Positions 38,639 through 52,500 are shown, counted from the stretch's first letter. The stretch: 64,000 nt of DNA from Octopus sinensis (GCF_006345805.1 NC_043013.1:25048001-25112000); one strand, 5' to 3'. Notes: a model not told the origin generated them from the letters alone. Numbers and translations: made by a program.

Positions 38639-38905
38639 TTATTTACATTTGATGGATATTTGTCAAAATCTTGTTTGTTGTTAACACAACGTTTTGGCTG
38701 ATATACCCTCCAGCCTTCATCAGGTGTCCTGGGGAAATTTCAAGCCTGGTTTCTCGTTCCTAAGGTATTCATCAAAAAATACCTTAGGAATGAGAACCCA
38801 GGCTCAAAATTTCCCCAAGACACCTGATGAAGGCTGGAGAGTATATCAGCCAAAACGTTGTGTTAACAAACAAGATGAGGACAAATATCCATCAAATGTA
38901 AATAA
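38639..38905. repeat. Fold-back (arms about 130 bp) carrying two decayed minimal hammerhead ribozyme motifs
   Basis: ACAC-CTGATGA-A-GGCTG...CAGCC-AAAA-CGTT-GTGT at 38820-38863 (+), with a mirror copy at about 38685-38727 (-). Confidence 0.85.
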
Positions 38906-40940
38906 TCATTGTCACTTTCCATGCTGGCATGGGCTGGATGGTTTGACTGAGAACTGACAGGTCGGGAGGCTGCCCCAGGCTCCAATCTGATTTGGCAAAG
39001 TTTCTACAGCTGGATGCCTTTCCTAATGTCAACCACTCTAAGAGTGTAGTGGATGCTTTATTACATGCCATTCAGGCAGCACTGGCATCAGCCATGCTCG
39101 AATGGTGCTTTTTGCCTGCCAGTGGTAGTACTGGCATCGGTCACACTCAAATGGTGCTTTTTAGTGCAGTAAATTAATTAGACTTCTGCAATACATAAAA
39201 TATATTAACAATTTTTTAATACAATTTCTAATAATATTTAATTGTAAAAAATATAATGGTGTTAGGAAGGGTATCCAGCTGTAGAAATATTGCCAGATCA
39301 GATTGGAGCCTGGTACAGCCTTCTGGCTTACCAGCCCTCAGTCAAACTGTCCAACCCATGACAGCATGGAAAGCAGACATTAAACGACGATGATGATGAT
39401 GATGATGGTTTCTTTTTTCAACTTCAAATGGGGTGCAGTAGAGTAAAATAGGAATCTAAGGGATCCACTGGAAAAAAGTGGTTGAAGATCACTGGTTTAG
39501 AGGAAAATCAACATCCATAACTTGATCCTCTCACACTGCTAGCATCATTTCAGTTTTTCTGATTGACCTGCAAAAGGTCAGTGCCAGCAGGAAGGAAATT
39601 CCATAAATTGAGCTGGGTGGAATATTCAGTGCAGGATGTAGGGAACAAGACACAAGAAGTGAAAGAAATTACTATTCTGAATAGCCTTAAGGGGAGGTGG
39701 TGTATAGCTACCAAGTTCAGTAGTGGAGACGCATGGCTTAGTGGTTAGGGTGTTGGACTCATGATCATAAGATTGTGGTTTCAATTCCTGGATGAGATGA
39801 TGCATTGTGTTCTTGAGCAAAACACTTCATTTCACATTGCTCCATTCAAAAAACCTAGCAAAAATAAGTTAACCCTGTAACAGACCAGCGTCCCATCCAG
39901 GTGGGAATATATACACCTCGGAAACCAAGAAACTGGCCCTTACCAGTTAGTATGGCCCAAGAAGTAACTTTTACCTAGTTCAATAGATGAAAGACTTGTA
40001 AAAGTAATTTGTAGAAGGGAAGAAATAGTACATCTCTGACCCGGGGTTCATAGCATATTGGTGAGTGAATCATTATCATTCAGACAAATAACCTTTTGAA
40101 TGACATCATCATCATTTCACATCTGCTTTCCAGGATGGCATGGTTTGGACGGTTTGACTAGGGACTGGCAAGCCAGGAGGCTGCACCAGGCTCCAATCTG
40201 ATCTGGCAGTGTTTCTACAGCTGGATGCCCTTCCTAATGCCAACCACTCTGAGAGTGTAGTGGGTGCTTTTTATGTGCCACCGGCATAGGAGCCAGTCAA
40301 GCGGCACTGGCATCAGTCATGTTGGTCTTGAATATTTAGGTAACAGTAGCAAGACCTCGGTGGTTCTCAACCAGGGTCCATATGTTCCTTGTGGGTCCAT
40401 GTAAGATTTTGCTGTTGAAATTTATTCAATAAATTGGTTATTTATACAATTCCAAATGACATTTATGATAAAAATATAATAAAATGTTTTTAAACATTGA
40501 AAAGGTGACCAAGACCTTTGGAGATATACTGTGCTTGTGGAGATCTGTGAGACTGTAGTCGTGGCCTATGCTGGTGTCAGGTTAATAGCATGTCACATAA
40601 AAAAATACCCACTACACTCTCGGAGTGGTTGGCATTAATAAGGGCATCCAGCTGTAAAAACCTTGCCAGATCAGATCGGAACCTGGCGCAGCCCCACCAG
40701 TTGCCAGTTTCCAGTCAAACCATCCAACCCATACCAGCATTAAATGATGATGATGATGAATCACTAGGTGAATCCATCCAAATAAAATAAGATTCAGACG
40801 GTGTTCATCATCATCTTCGTTTAATGTCTGTTTTCCATGCTAGCATGGGTTGGACGGTTCGACTGGGGTCTGGGAAGCCAGAGGCTGCACCAGGCTCCAG
40901 TCTATCTGGCAGTGTTTCTACAGCTGGATGCCCTTCCTAA

Positions 40941-41203
40941 CACTCTCTGAGCACCCACCCCCTACTACTAACTTGGTCACCTAGGTAGCAGAAGCAATCA
41001 ACTACTTCTAGTTTCTCCCCCTGGAGTGTGATGGAATGTTTTCTGAGTATCTGTGGTGTCTATTGCCCCTGTGCATCTGCCGCACACAAAAGCTATCTTC
41101 TCGGTTAATCTTTCTTTGATGTTGCTGCACCTCTTATGCGTCCATAGCTTACACTGGGTACATCTTATGGAGTTTCTACCTACACCTTTTCTACAGATCA
41201 AGC
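40941..41203 (-). mobile_element. RTE-clade LINE fragment with PHD-like zinc finger, abutting a (GAT)n-tail SINE
   Basis: ICRKGVGRNSIRCTQCKLWTHKRCSNI...FVCGRC, followed by an FCYLGD-like motif. Confidence 0.75.
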
Positions 41204-42509
41204 AAAAAAATGGTTAAGAAACACTAGTCTACAACTTTGCTAGAGTATTTCCTCATTTCAGAGAAGGAATCTAGTCTTTAGAATAGTTTGTTTCCCAACC
41301 ACATGGTTTCGAGCAGAAGTGGTTTAGTTTTTAGTCAAGCAGATTGAAGTAATTTATATGTTGTAGCAGATTCAAAACCAAATTTTGAGATAGCCAAGTA
41401 GACACCAGTGAGACCACTATCATTTTACGGGATTGGCATTTAACTAGCCAATTAGCATCAAGCCATTGCATGATTTGACTTTCTAAAAGTTTCTAATTAA
41501 GCCCTACGTAAAGGTGGTTTTTGGCAGCAACCCCTGAATATTGAAGTGGCTGCTTGACATCTCTATTCTCATGGCAAAAGACAGATTTTGTCATGAATAT
41601 AATGTGATTATTTTCCAGTTGTGATGAGCCAACTACAGATTTCTTATATACCAGTTAAATTGTCATGGATCTCACTAGTATGTGTAATTGCTGCTGCTGT
41701 TAGCATTAATAAAAAGACCAACAGAAAAAACACAATGTACAGTAAATAAAAAAAAATGTTTCCTTCTTTAGCCATGCCAGGCCCTTAAGGGCTGGTTTCT
41801 TGGATTCAGTGAGCTGTAAATTCCCCACCTGGACAGGATGCTGGTCTGTCACAGGATTACTCAATTTTGCCAGCTGAGTGGACTGGAGCAACGAGAAAGG
41901 AAGTGTTTTGCTCAAGAACACAAAGCATCAACCAGCCCAGAAATTGAAACCACAATTTTATGATCATGAGGCCAACACCCTAACCACTGAGCCATGCACC
42001 TGCACATACAGTAAATAATGCTTCTGTTAATTGTTTAAGATCTACATGCAGATCTAGAAAGACATTTTCATTCTCCAAAGACCACCTCCACAGCAGAAGT
42101 GTTAAAGCCACATCCCCTCATGAGAAGGATTAGCTTGTAAGAGTCATGTGCCAGTGCCACGTAAAAGGCACTCGTGCCAGTGCCATGTACAAGTGTTCAT
42201 TTCAGTGCCACATTAAAAGCATCCCCCAGCACATTCTGTAAAAGTGGTTGGCTTTGGGAAGGGCATCCAGCCATAGAAAGCAAGCCAAATCAGACTAGAA
42301 CCTGATGCAGCTCTCCAGCCTTGCCAGCATAGGAAATGGACATTGGAGGAGGAGGATGATGATGAACAATACCAAGCACAACCTCTTAGCAATGTAATAC
42401 AACAGCTTTAGCATGATTTAAACTTCATAGCATTTGAATTACTCTGAAATGACTTCATACTATCAAATTTGTAATTACTTGAACTTAATGAATCTTTTAT
42501 TATTTACAG

Positions 42510-42566
42510 CTACAAGCACTTGCCACGTATTTAGAAGGACCTTTACAACGTGTGGCTGCTTCCTGA
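42510..42566 (+). CDS. LAMTOR2: LAMTOR2 last coding exon (LQALATYLEGPLQRVAAS*)
   Basis: TTTACAG acceptor and TGA stop at 42564-42566. Matches recalled human AQALVQYLEEPLTQVAAS*. Spliced CDS is 378 nt = 125 aa plus stop. Confidence 0.96.
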   Translation, partial: LQALATYLEGPLQRVAAS

Positions 42567-44072
42567 TCCAATTTACTGTTGAAATAGCCAGTATTACGTT
42601 CCTCCTACACCAGTGAACCCTTGCAATTATCTGCTGGCCAAACCTGTATTGGATGGGTTGGGGAACCTTCAACTGCTTCCTCACAATTTAGCAGAAATAT
42701 TTTTTTTTTAACTCAAAGAGAAATTGAACATTATGCAATGATCTTCCTCAAAATTAAATTCACCCATCTAATACAAGCCAATACGCCATATCTGGAATAT
42801 TTTTTCTTCATTTAAGTAATATGGTGTGGGCCAGACAAAGTAAATACTTGAATACCTGTCTTTTCCATGATTTTTATTTCTGTGCAAATACAATTTTTAA
42901 CAAAAAAAAAAAAAACAGAAAGGTTGTATATTACTTTTTTAATCTATGAACAATTGTTTTCTGTAAGTTAATACTAAGCAGTATTATTTGAGGCTTTGGG
43001 GTAACGAAAGACATTTTAACCTTTAGTCTGCTGGATTAACCTCTGCTAACAGTGTCATATTATTTTCAAATCTATTTTTTTGCAGCAGCAATGAAGATTT
43101 GAATCTGGTTGCTTAAAAGTGTCACATTTAATGATAACAATTTCAAATTACATTTCACACTAAATATCTGAATCACCAAAACAAATATGTAATGTTGTGA
43201 CCAAGGTTGCCTGCAGTGTGCTAAAGATTAAAACAAAAGATTATTATCAATTTTTTTTTTAATATTTTTATTTTTCCTTCTCATTTTAAAATATAAATTT
43301 TGGCTATATGATGCTGTGGTTTTAAGGCTCTTTAATAATGAAACATTTCTTTTCATTGCTTTCCCATAAATGATAACTCTGACTTTTAATAATTTGAATT
43401 TTCCTTTATTTTTTTTTTTATAAATATTTCAATATTGACATAGGTTTCTATCTCTTTCCTTCTTTTTATTATTATTTTTTTTTTTCTCATTTAACTGTTC
43501 TGAAGGAAGCGGTCAGTCTAAGGCTGCTATTCTTGGACCAAAAGAAATTAAACATTCACTATTGCGCCTTGAAATTAAAAGTAAATTTATAAAAAAAAAA
43601 CAAAAAAATAAACAAATGCAAATTGTCAAAATGTTTTTGAGACATTTTACTGCAGCTAATTATTCATTTTGGTTATAAATATTATCTTAGAGAAATATAG
43701 TCTAAACCTTTGATTTTTTTTCCATTTTAGTGAATTTGTGGATAAAAGATAATTTCTGAAACCAAATTTGTAGTTTTATTGGTTCAATTTACTGAATTTT
43801 AAGTGTGGTATTCTTGAATTTCTATAGGAAAATGAATATCACATTTGCAGCAGTGTGAATTAATTGTGCAACAATGCATATCGATGTTATCTCCTCTGTC
43901 TTGGACCATGTGTTGTTCCAACAGTGCCATTTTAACTCTTGCATCTTTGTTGCCACTGCTTTTTGGATCAGAAAAACAAGTATTGTCGATATTTGCATTT
44001 TGTGGACATTGCAAGGAAGAACAACATACCTTTTTACCATGCAAATATAAATATTTGTATTTTATTTAATTC

Positions 44073-44078
44073 AATAAA
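44073..44078 (+). other. Candidate LAMTOR2 polyadenylation signal
   Basis: AATAAA followed by T-rich sequence, ending about 1.5 kb of mostly non-repetitive, 3'UTR-like sequence after the stop. Other AATAAA/ATTAAA hexamers occur upstream. Confidence 0.3.
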
Positions 44079-44649
44079 CTAATTCTTTAAATATTTTTTT
44101 TTAAATTAAAGTTTCAATTTGTTTTCTTTTCTTCTACTCAGCCTCCCTGGCCTATTCCAGTGTACCTTTCAATCATTAGGCAATAAACTGTGCTTACGAG
44201 GACCTGTTGAGGCAAGTGAAGTCGTCGTTGTGGCCGATGACAGTACCACCTGATTGGCAATCATGACAGTGGCACGTAAAAAGCACTATTTAAGCTTGAT
44301 CAATGCCAGTGCCGCCTGTCTTGTTTCGTGCCAGTGGCATGTAAAAAGCATGACACGAGCATGATCGTTGCCAGTGCTACCTGACTAGCTCACATGCCGG
44401 TGGCACGTAAAAAGCACCCACATTAGGAAGGGCATCTAGCTGTAGAAACATTATCAGATCGAATTGGAGCCTGGTGAAGCCTTCTGGCTCACCAGCCTTC
44501 AGTCAAACCGTCCAACCCATGCCAGCATGGAAAGTGGACGTTAAACGACGATGATGATGATGTTAATATATATATATATACATCATGTGTATGTGTTTTT
44601 ATATGCTGAATTTGCTATTCCAGGATAGTATCTGGGATATCCCCCTATA

Positions 44650-45006
44650 CATTACTGAGTGTGAGAGAACAGCTGGATGTCACGGGGTCAAGTAAGACAA
44701 CTTGTCTCAGAATAAATCCAAGAGTGGTAGATAACAATATTTCACTGTTCTGGAGGCAAATACTGCAAAAGGGAATGAAGAGAACGAAAAAAAACAGGAA
44801 CTTGACGTCAAAGAAAAGCGCAATCTACAGAAGGGAAAATCAGTAGTGCTGGCATAGACTCCTTTGAATGCAGTTGTTGTATGCATGACTGCCACTCCCA
44901 TGTGGGCCTGTACAACTACAACAGATGCTGTACCACCATCGACAGCTGACACGGTTTCTTTGGGTGCAGATCCATGGCCTCTCGAGACCAATGGATGTCT
45001 ACTACT
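44650..45006 (+). mobile_element. RTE/BovB-like LINE 3' end
   Basis: WRQILQKG, then FECSCCMHDCHSHVGLYNYNRCC (degenerate C2H2), and a terminal ATCCATGGCCTCTCGAGACCAATGGATGTCTACTACT. Confidence 0.65.
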
Positions 45007-45636
45007 GTGGCCTATCAATACCACATGCTCAGATACACAGATACACATTTACAAAGACCTGCAAATGCATTGACAAAGGAAGTATGAAGTTGCTGATGTA
45101 ACTGTTGATGGTTTTAGAATCTTGCTGTAATATGTAGACAGGATAGGTGTCTGATAGCAATGGAAGAAGTTTACTTCTCAGCCACATGGTTCTGGGTTTT
45201 GTCCCCCTGCATGGCAATTGGGCAAGGGTCCTCTACATACCCAGGCAGACCAAAGCCATCTCAGTGAATTTGATAGACAGAAACTAAAATGAGTTCATCA
45301 TATGTGTGTGTATGTGTTACAAATTGTCTCCTTGCCTGAACTTCATGTACTGGTTGTAAATGAGTGTCACTGTCATGCAAGCAGTGTCTTGTATTTCCAA
45401 TCTTCCATGGAAACATGTCTGATCATGGATGAATATTTGATGACAGGAAGAGCATCCCCCTGTAGAAAATCTACCTCTACAAATTCTGTCCAACCCAAGC
45501 AAGTATAGAAAAGTGAACTTTAAAATGATATGTATATATATATTTTATATTGGAATCTGTATGTAGCTTTATGGTTGAGCTTACTTCACAATCACAAGGT
45601 TCATGGTTCCACTCCACTATACAGTATCTTTGAAAA

Positions 45637-45785
45637 TTCCGCTGAGGTCGACTTTGCCATTTATCCTTTCGGGGTCGATAAATAAAGTACCAGTTTCGCA
45701 CTGGGTCAATGTAATCGACTTAATCCCTTTGTCTGTCCTTGTTTGTCCCCTCTATGTTTAGACCCTTGTGGGTAGTAAAGAAGTA
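45637..45785 (+). mobile_element. 5'-truncated tail-B SINE with 19-bp TSD
   Basis: TATACAGTATCTTTGAAAA at 45618-45636 and 45786-45804. Inserted in a degenerate tRNA-SINE head. Confidence 0.85.
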
Positions 45786-48192
45786 TATACAGTATCTTTG
45801 AAAAATTTCTTTCATAAGGTTTGACCCATTTGGATTTCATTGGGCAATATTTGAACTAAAACTGTATTTGTAAGTTTAAGCTTCACCCCAAACCAATAAT
45901 GATTATTGTCATCATCATTTTAATAATATCTAGTTTTTCATGCTTGAATTGGGTAAAACAAAGACATAAACATGTGATTAAACCAAGGCACTAACCAGAC
46001 AGACAGTGACATAGTGATAGGAGAGAGTACAGTAGATAGAATCATAAAAGTTAAGAGGCAGAACTAGTAAGAAGTGGGAGAAAAGGAGCAGAAAAGAGTA
46101 TCAGGTAACTAGAAGAGATGCTGTGAAGGTGCAGGATTTTAGAGGTTAGGATCTTGGGGTTCATGATCTCAAGCTTGTGGGCTCAGTTCTTGAGTAACAT
46201 CGTTATTTAACGTCTGCTTTCCATGCTGGCATGGGTTGGATGGACAGTTTTGATTGAAAATTGCCAAGCCAAGATGGGGGCGCTGCTCTAGATTCCAATC
46301 TGATTTGGCAAGGTTTCAACAGCTGGATACCCTTCCTAACACCAACCACTCTGAGAGTGTAGTGGGTGTTTTTTACGTGCCACTGACCTGATACTAACAT
46401 CGGCCACTATTACAGTCTCACTTGGCTTGACAAGCCTACACAAACATGATTCACTTCACTTTATTGTTCCAGTCCATTCTGAAAATGAGCACCATTGGCA
46501 ATTGAGATGAAACCAAGGTGCAGATACACATTTACAAAGTGGAAAAGTTGGTGTGATCAAGAGAAACAGAAACGGGTGGTTGAGGGGAATTCTGCTGGCA
46601 CTGTCGGTTATAATGACAAGAGTTCCAGTTAATCTACTCAATGGAACAGCCTGCAAGTGGCTGAGTATTCCACAGACATGCATACCCTTAATCCTTTAGC
46701 ATTCAGGTTCCTCTCCCAAATATAATGCTTATCTTGTCACATTGTCATTGAATTCATCATCAGCTTTTAACGTCTGTTTACCATGCTGGCATGGGTTGGA
46801 TGGTTTGACTGAGGACTGGCCAGGCTCCAAGGTTTCTACAGCTGGATACCCTCCCTAAAGCCAACTACTTTGAGAGTGTAGTGGGTGCTTTTTACATGTC
46901 ACTGGCATTGACACTGGCAATCATTCATTATCTTGTAGCTTCAAAATTTCGATGACGTGACTGTCTACTTTTAAAATGACAATGTAGGGTGGGTGTGAGA
47001 AACCAGTTTGATGATAAAAATGGGAAAATATTTGAGCCTGGTATGTTTGGTTTAAATGCTAAATGGTTAACAGAGTTCTCATTGAGCACAATACAGAATG
47101 TGGCACAGCTGGTTCTTTGAATTACAGGTACAACTAACTTTTGCTAGCTGAGTGAACTAGAATAACGGGTCTTGCTCAAGGAACAGTGCACAGACAGGAA
47201 CTGAACTCACAGGCTTACAATTGTATGTTGAATGCTCTAACCACTAAGCCACTTAATTTCACTGCAAGTGGATTCTATGGCAGGGAAGGTCTTGAAGATG
47301 ATGTGGACAGAAATGAAGTGTGAGAGAGTAAAAAAAATTGTAATACAACAGCTATACATGTTGTCCACCATGATTTGGTTCCTGAAGCACAAAAAGAAAT
47401 TAACAGATGAGCAAAGACTAATGCAAAGAAACTTTAAGGAGAAATAATTTTAAAAGTTGAAGACCACAGATGACAGTCAGTAATTTCAATGGTTGTGGAG
47501 GGCAAGTGTGGAACACTTATACAGATCAAGGTTATGGCTCGAAGAATGAAAAGAACACAAACTTCTGGAAATGAGTGATGCAAATGAACTTATGGTCTAC
47601 AGTGCAATCCTCTAAGTAATGCATTAACTAGTTTCCTATCAAGTAGAATAAAGTAAAATTAGCTTTGTTCTGATCAAGAAAAGATACAAAACATAAGTCT
47701 TTTGACATAAATGGTACTGTATGTAATCTTCGAATTTTTGCAATTATTCTTTTAACAGCTTTTGGTAAAATAATTTAACCCTTTCAACTCAGAAATTTTT
47801 CTCAAGTCAGTAATGACGGGAGGTGCATGCGAGCCTTTTGAGCTGTCATTATAGCGTCATACATTCTGATCATACGTCTGGCGTTACACACATCAGAAAA
47901 ACCAGAGTGGTACTAAACTAAACTGCATCACATAGGTTGTAAAATTTTTGACTGGTACAAATATGTACCAGCTGGGCCGAAAGGATTAAGCAGAAGAAGG
48001 ACAGGGTTCCTGAGACTAGTGAGGTATAAGAAGAAGAAATTATGACTTGAAGGTTGTTGTAGTAGGAGACACGGTATCAAGATATCAAGTGATCCAATAA
48101 CCCAATATAAATCTCTGAAAAAGAATGGATTCTGCTAAAAGCATCCAAGAATTAGATGGTAATGTTATACAAGATGATAGATAAGGTACACC

Positions 48193-48335
48193 CAGGGCCA
48201 GCTCAAAGTACCGGTAACGCGAACAGTCGCCCAGGGCGCCAAGGAGAGCATGACAAAGACAAGGAAATTTACACAACCATCAGCTTGTACACGCAGAAGC
48301 TCAGCTTGCGCCAGCAACCCCAGGGCCAGTCCCTA
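48193..48335. mobile_element. hAT-type MITE (143 bp, GC-rich)
   Basis: CAGGGCCAGC...GCCAGTCCCTA imperfect TIRs and a perfect 8-bp TSD GGTACACC (48185-48192, 48336-48343). Confidence 0.85.
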
Positions 48336-49212
48336 GGTACACCTATTCTATAAATGTTAGTGTTATTTCTATTACTTACTTCAAGGTTGGTGAGCTGACA
48401 GAATTGTTAGCATGCCGGGCAAAATGCTTTGCAGCATTTCATCTGTCTTCACATTCTAAGTTCAAATTCCACGGAGGCCGACTGAGGTAATGTAATTGGC
48501 TTAATCCTTACCCCCAGCTTTGAGTAGAAGGGATTATTTCAATTACTTACATAATGTTTAGCAAAATTTTTTTTTTTTTTTTTTTTTATTCTCTGAATTC
48601 AAATTCTGCTGAGGTCATCCTTTCAGAATTAATAAAACAGGTACCAGTTTAGCACTGAGGGACAATGTAATCAACAAAATCCTCCCCCATAAAAATTGCT
48701 GAACATGAACCAAAATATGAAACCATTATTTCAGTTATTTTTCCAGGTTGTTTCAATGAAAATGGATCTTGATTCTCAGTGCAAGAAATATAAATGGAAC
48801 ATAGAATTTTAGTCAAGAGAAATTAGACTGTAGAGTGAAAACACAAAATGTTTATGTAATAAGATCCTAGCAAGATTTCTGAATGGATAAACACACTGAA
48901 TTTTGAATAAAAATGTAGTTTGAAAGAACACTAATTCTTCTGTTGTAACTAAATTTCAAACTCTTGTTTTTCAACAAGCAACAGTAAAAAAATTGAAAGG
49001 AACCTGTTTAGAATGCCAAACAAATCTATTTATGTAACTTATTTTCTTGGTGGTTGAAGGAAAGAAGTTTATGTGGTTGTTACTCTTATTCCAAATACTT
49101 TTATGGCACAAGACATTACTATGTCAAAGCTTCAATGCAAGAACTTATCTATTTTATGCTAGAGACAAGAGCATTTGGATTGTACCATTTTGCCAGATTT
49201 ATTCCTCTAGGC

Positions 49213-49532
49213 CATAGGTTCTCAAAGTGGGTGCTACCGCCCCTCAGTGGGTGTTGAGACGGCCCAGATGAGTGCTGGTGCCTAAGGGGATGGGGGGGGG
49301 GTTAGAGAAAAAGGTGTTGGGAAGAAGGCTGTGGATTGGGGGATGCTATGAATTTATTATATTGTAGTACTGTATACAAATTGTATAATATATTAAATAT
49401 CAAATGATTCATAGTATATATAAATTAGTAAAATGTGAAATATTCATTTACACATAAAAATAGGGATGGGGGTGCTGGGAGTATTATGTGGCCATGAGGG
49501 GGGCAGTGGCCCAAAAAGTTTGAGAACCTCTG
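49213..49532. mobile_element. hAT (Charlie-like) MITE
   Basis: CATAGGTTCTCAAA...TTTGAGAACCTCTG TIRs and an 8-bp TSD CTCTAGGC/TTCTAGGC. Confidence 0.85.
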
Positions 49533-52500
49533 TTCTAGGCTAATTCTACAAAGAAAAATGCCACATTTCTCAAGAAGTTATTAAAACACCAGAGTTTCAA
49601 AATAAGTATTTATAAAAACAGATTACTTAACCTATTGAGACGATCGTTGTAGTATGATGGGAACCAACTAATATATATATAATCATCATCATCATCATCA
49701 TCTATTTCTTTACTACCCACAAGGAGCTAAACACAGAGGGGACAATCAAGGACAGACAAACGGATGAAGTCGGTTACATCGACCCCAGTGCGTAACTGGT
49801 ACTTAATTTATCGACCCCGAAAGGATGAAAGGCAAAGTCGACCTCGGCGGAATTTGAACTCAGAATGTAACGTCAGACGAAATATGGCTACGCATTTCGC
49901 CCGGCGTGCTAACGTTTCTGCTTTCCATGCTAGCATGGGTTGGACGGTTCAACTTGGGTCTGGGAAGCCAGAAGGCTGCACCAGGCCCAGTCTGATCTGG
50001 CAGTGTTTCTACAGCTGGATGCCCTTCCTAACGCCAACCACTCCGTGAGTGTAGTGAGTGCTTTTTACATGCCACCGGCACAGGTGCCAGACGAGGCTGG
50101 CAAATGGCCACGATCGGATGGTGCTTTTTACGTGCCACTGGCACGGAGACCAGACGAAGCTGGCAATGGCCACGGTCGGATGGTGCTTTTTACGTGCCAA
50201 TGCAGTAATAAACTGCCGATGCTACAATAAACATGGATATGTCACCCAAATAGTTGCATACCAAGCTATACACACTCTAACAATAACCAATTAAATGTGA
50301 AGCCTGAGAAATAGAACTTTGAGCGATTTATCATCATTTTAATGCTTGCTTTTCCAGGTTTGCATGAGTCAGACACAGTTTATTGAGGCAGATTTTCTCT
50401 AGCCAGATGCCCTTCACCTGTTTCCAGGTAAGGCAATATTTCCCCACGACCAGACATATTTTCACAGAAGATTGGAAACAAAGGACACTGCCTGAAAACA
50501 CACACATAATGAGGAATGCTGGTGCTATGTAAAAAGCATCCAGTACACTCTGTGAAGTGGTTGGCATTAGGAAAGGCATCCAGTCATAGAAACCATGTCA
50601 AAGCAGACAAGAAAGCCTGGTGCAGCTCTCCAGCCTTGCCATCTCCTGTCAAAACTGTCCAACCAATGCCAGCATGGAAAACGGCTATTTAATGATGACA
50701 ATGATGATGATGGGTTCCTTTCAGTTTCTGTCCACCATATATATATATATATATATATATATGTTGATGTTTTATGTGTGTTTATAAATTCATTATAGCA
50801 GACTCAACATAAATACATACAGTAATCCCTCACCATATCACAGTTCACCTATCATGGTTTATTATTTAAGCTTATGTCACTTCCTCCATGGTGTTGTTTT
50901 GCATTTATAATAAAATATATACAAATTATAAAAATAATAAAAACAAAAATATACAGTACAGTACTGTTTCTACTTCTTGGGGGTGGGTGGAACGTAATAC
51001 CCACAATAATCGAGAGATTACTGCAAGTGTTTTGTGCCACCTTATCATGACATGGTTGTAAATGAGTGTGACTATCATACAAGCAGTGTCATTCATTTCC
51101 AATATACTGTGAGAACATGTCTGACCATTAGGAAATATTACTTTACTTGGAAACAAGTGAGGACAAGCAACAGGATAGAAACCAGCTGCAGAAAATATGC
51201 CTCAATAAACTCCACCTGATCCATGCAAGCATGGAACAGTGGACATATGATGATGATTGGTCTTAAAGAGTGATTTACATTCAGACTTCTTTAGTCTATC
51301 AAGCAAATCTAAAGCTGATTTTGTTAGAATTCTTCAATTTTCTAGACAATAATTACTTCTTTATAATGAAAGAATTCAACAGACAAACACCAATTTGTTG
51401 CTCAAAGCTTCTAATCAGCGGTATTTAGAACCAAGCATTTTTTTAAAGTAATGCAGTGAATGAAAAAATCTTAATTAACTAAACAAATGGTGACAAACTT
51501 ATTCAGTTTGAAACAAATATTTTTTAAAAAATTAAACAGTTGAAAACAATATAAGATAAAAAGAAAATTCTTTACACATGAATCTATCAAAATAAACAAA
51601 ATGCATCAAAAAATGTAACCTGCGAAGAACAGGTTTTAATGGAATTCAAAACAACAAAAATCTAATCAAAGGTAAATGAAAAATGCTTAACATTTATTTC
51701 TTTATAATGCCATGCAATATTGTGTATCAATAGCAGACCAATATTACAGAAATATCCTGCATATAACAGATTTGTTTCTTTAATTTTAGAAATCAACACA
51801 AATACATTTACAAAAGCAGTTTTTGTAAAGCTTGATGTGGGGGAAAGCAACCATAAAGCTGGAGATTCAGTTCCATAAAGATTTATTGGTAGAGAAATAA
51901 AATTTACAAATTCCAAGATGACAAAACAAAGTTTAAACAATTTACGTAGTTTATTTCCTATAATTCTTCATATGAAAGTGAACATTTTGAAGGACAGTGC
52001 TGTGCTGCTATTTCAGTTTGGTTCATGTTATTTCGTTTTTACATTTGGTTCTTTCTTGCTTTAAGTGTCATATGATCATCTGTTTTTGAGGGACAGCTCC
52101 ACACTGAATATAATAACATCACAATTAATTACCTGAAGATTAATCACGTTGATAAAAATTTTCAATAAATTTGTTCCTTGTAAAATTTCCAACACTATAT
52201 ATATAATAATAATAATATTCATAGAAGACACCAACAGCTGAAGTACACCTTTTTGGTAACAATTCATCATAGCACACCCACCATTTATCACAAAGGAATG
52301 TACCTTAGTAGGGTATATTATTTTCCACATAAATACAATACATTTGATACTCAGGTAAATAATAATTATTATCTTTTTAAAATATAAATTCAGTGCAAAT
52401 AGCTGCGCATTCAGGTTTTGGTAAACATCCAGTATAAGTATCTGGAAATTATTTCCCTCTCTTTAAATAACTCACTGTATCCTTTGAAAGAATACTGACA

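Noticed and set aside
43799-44044. Cys-rich 81-aa minus-strand ORF
   Set aside because: No AG acceptor or recognisable homology; it lies in the likely LAMTOR2 3'UTR.
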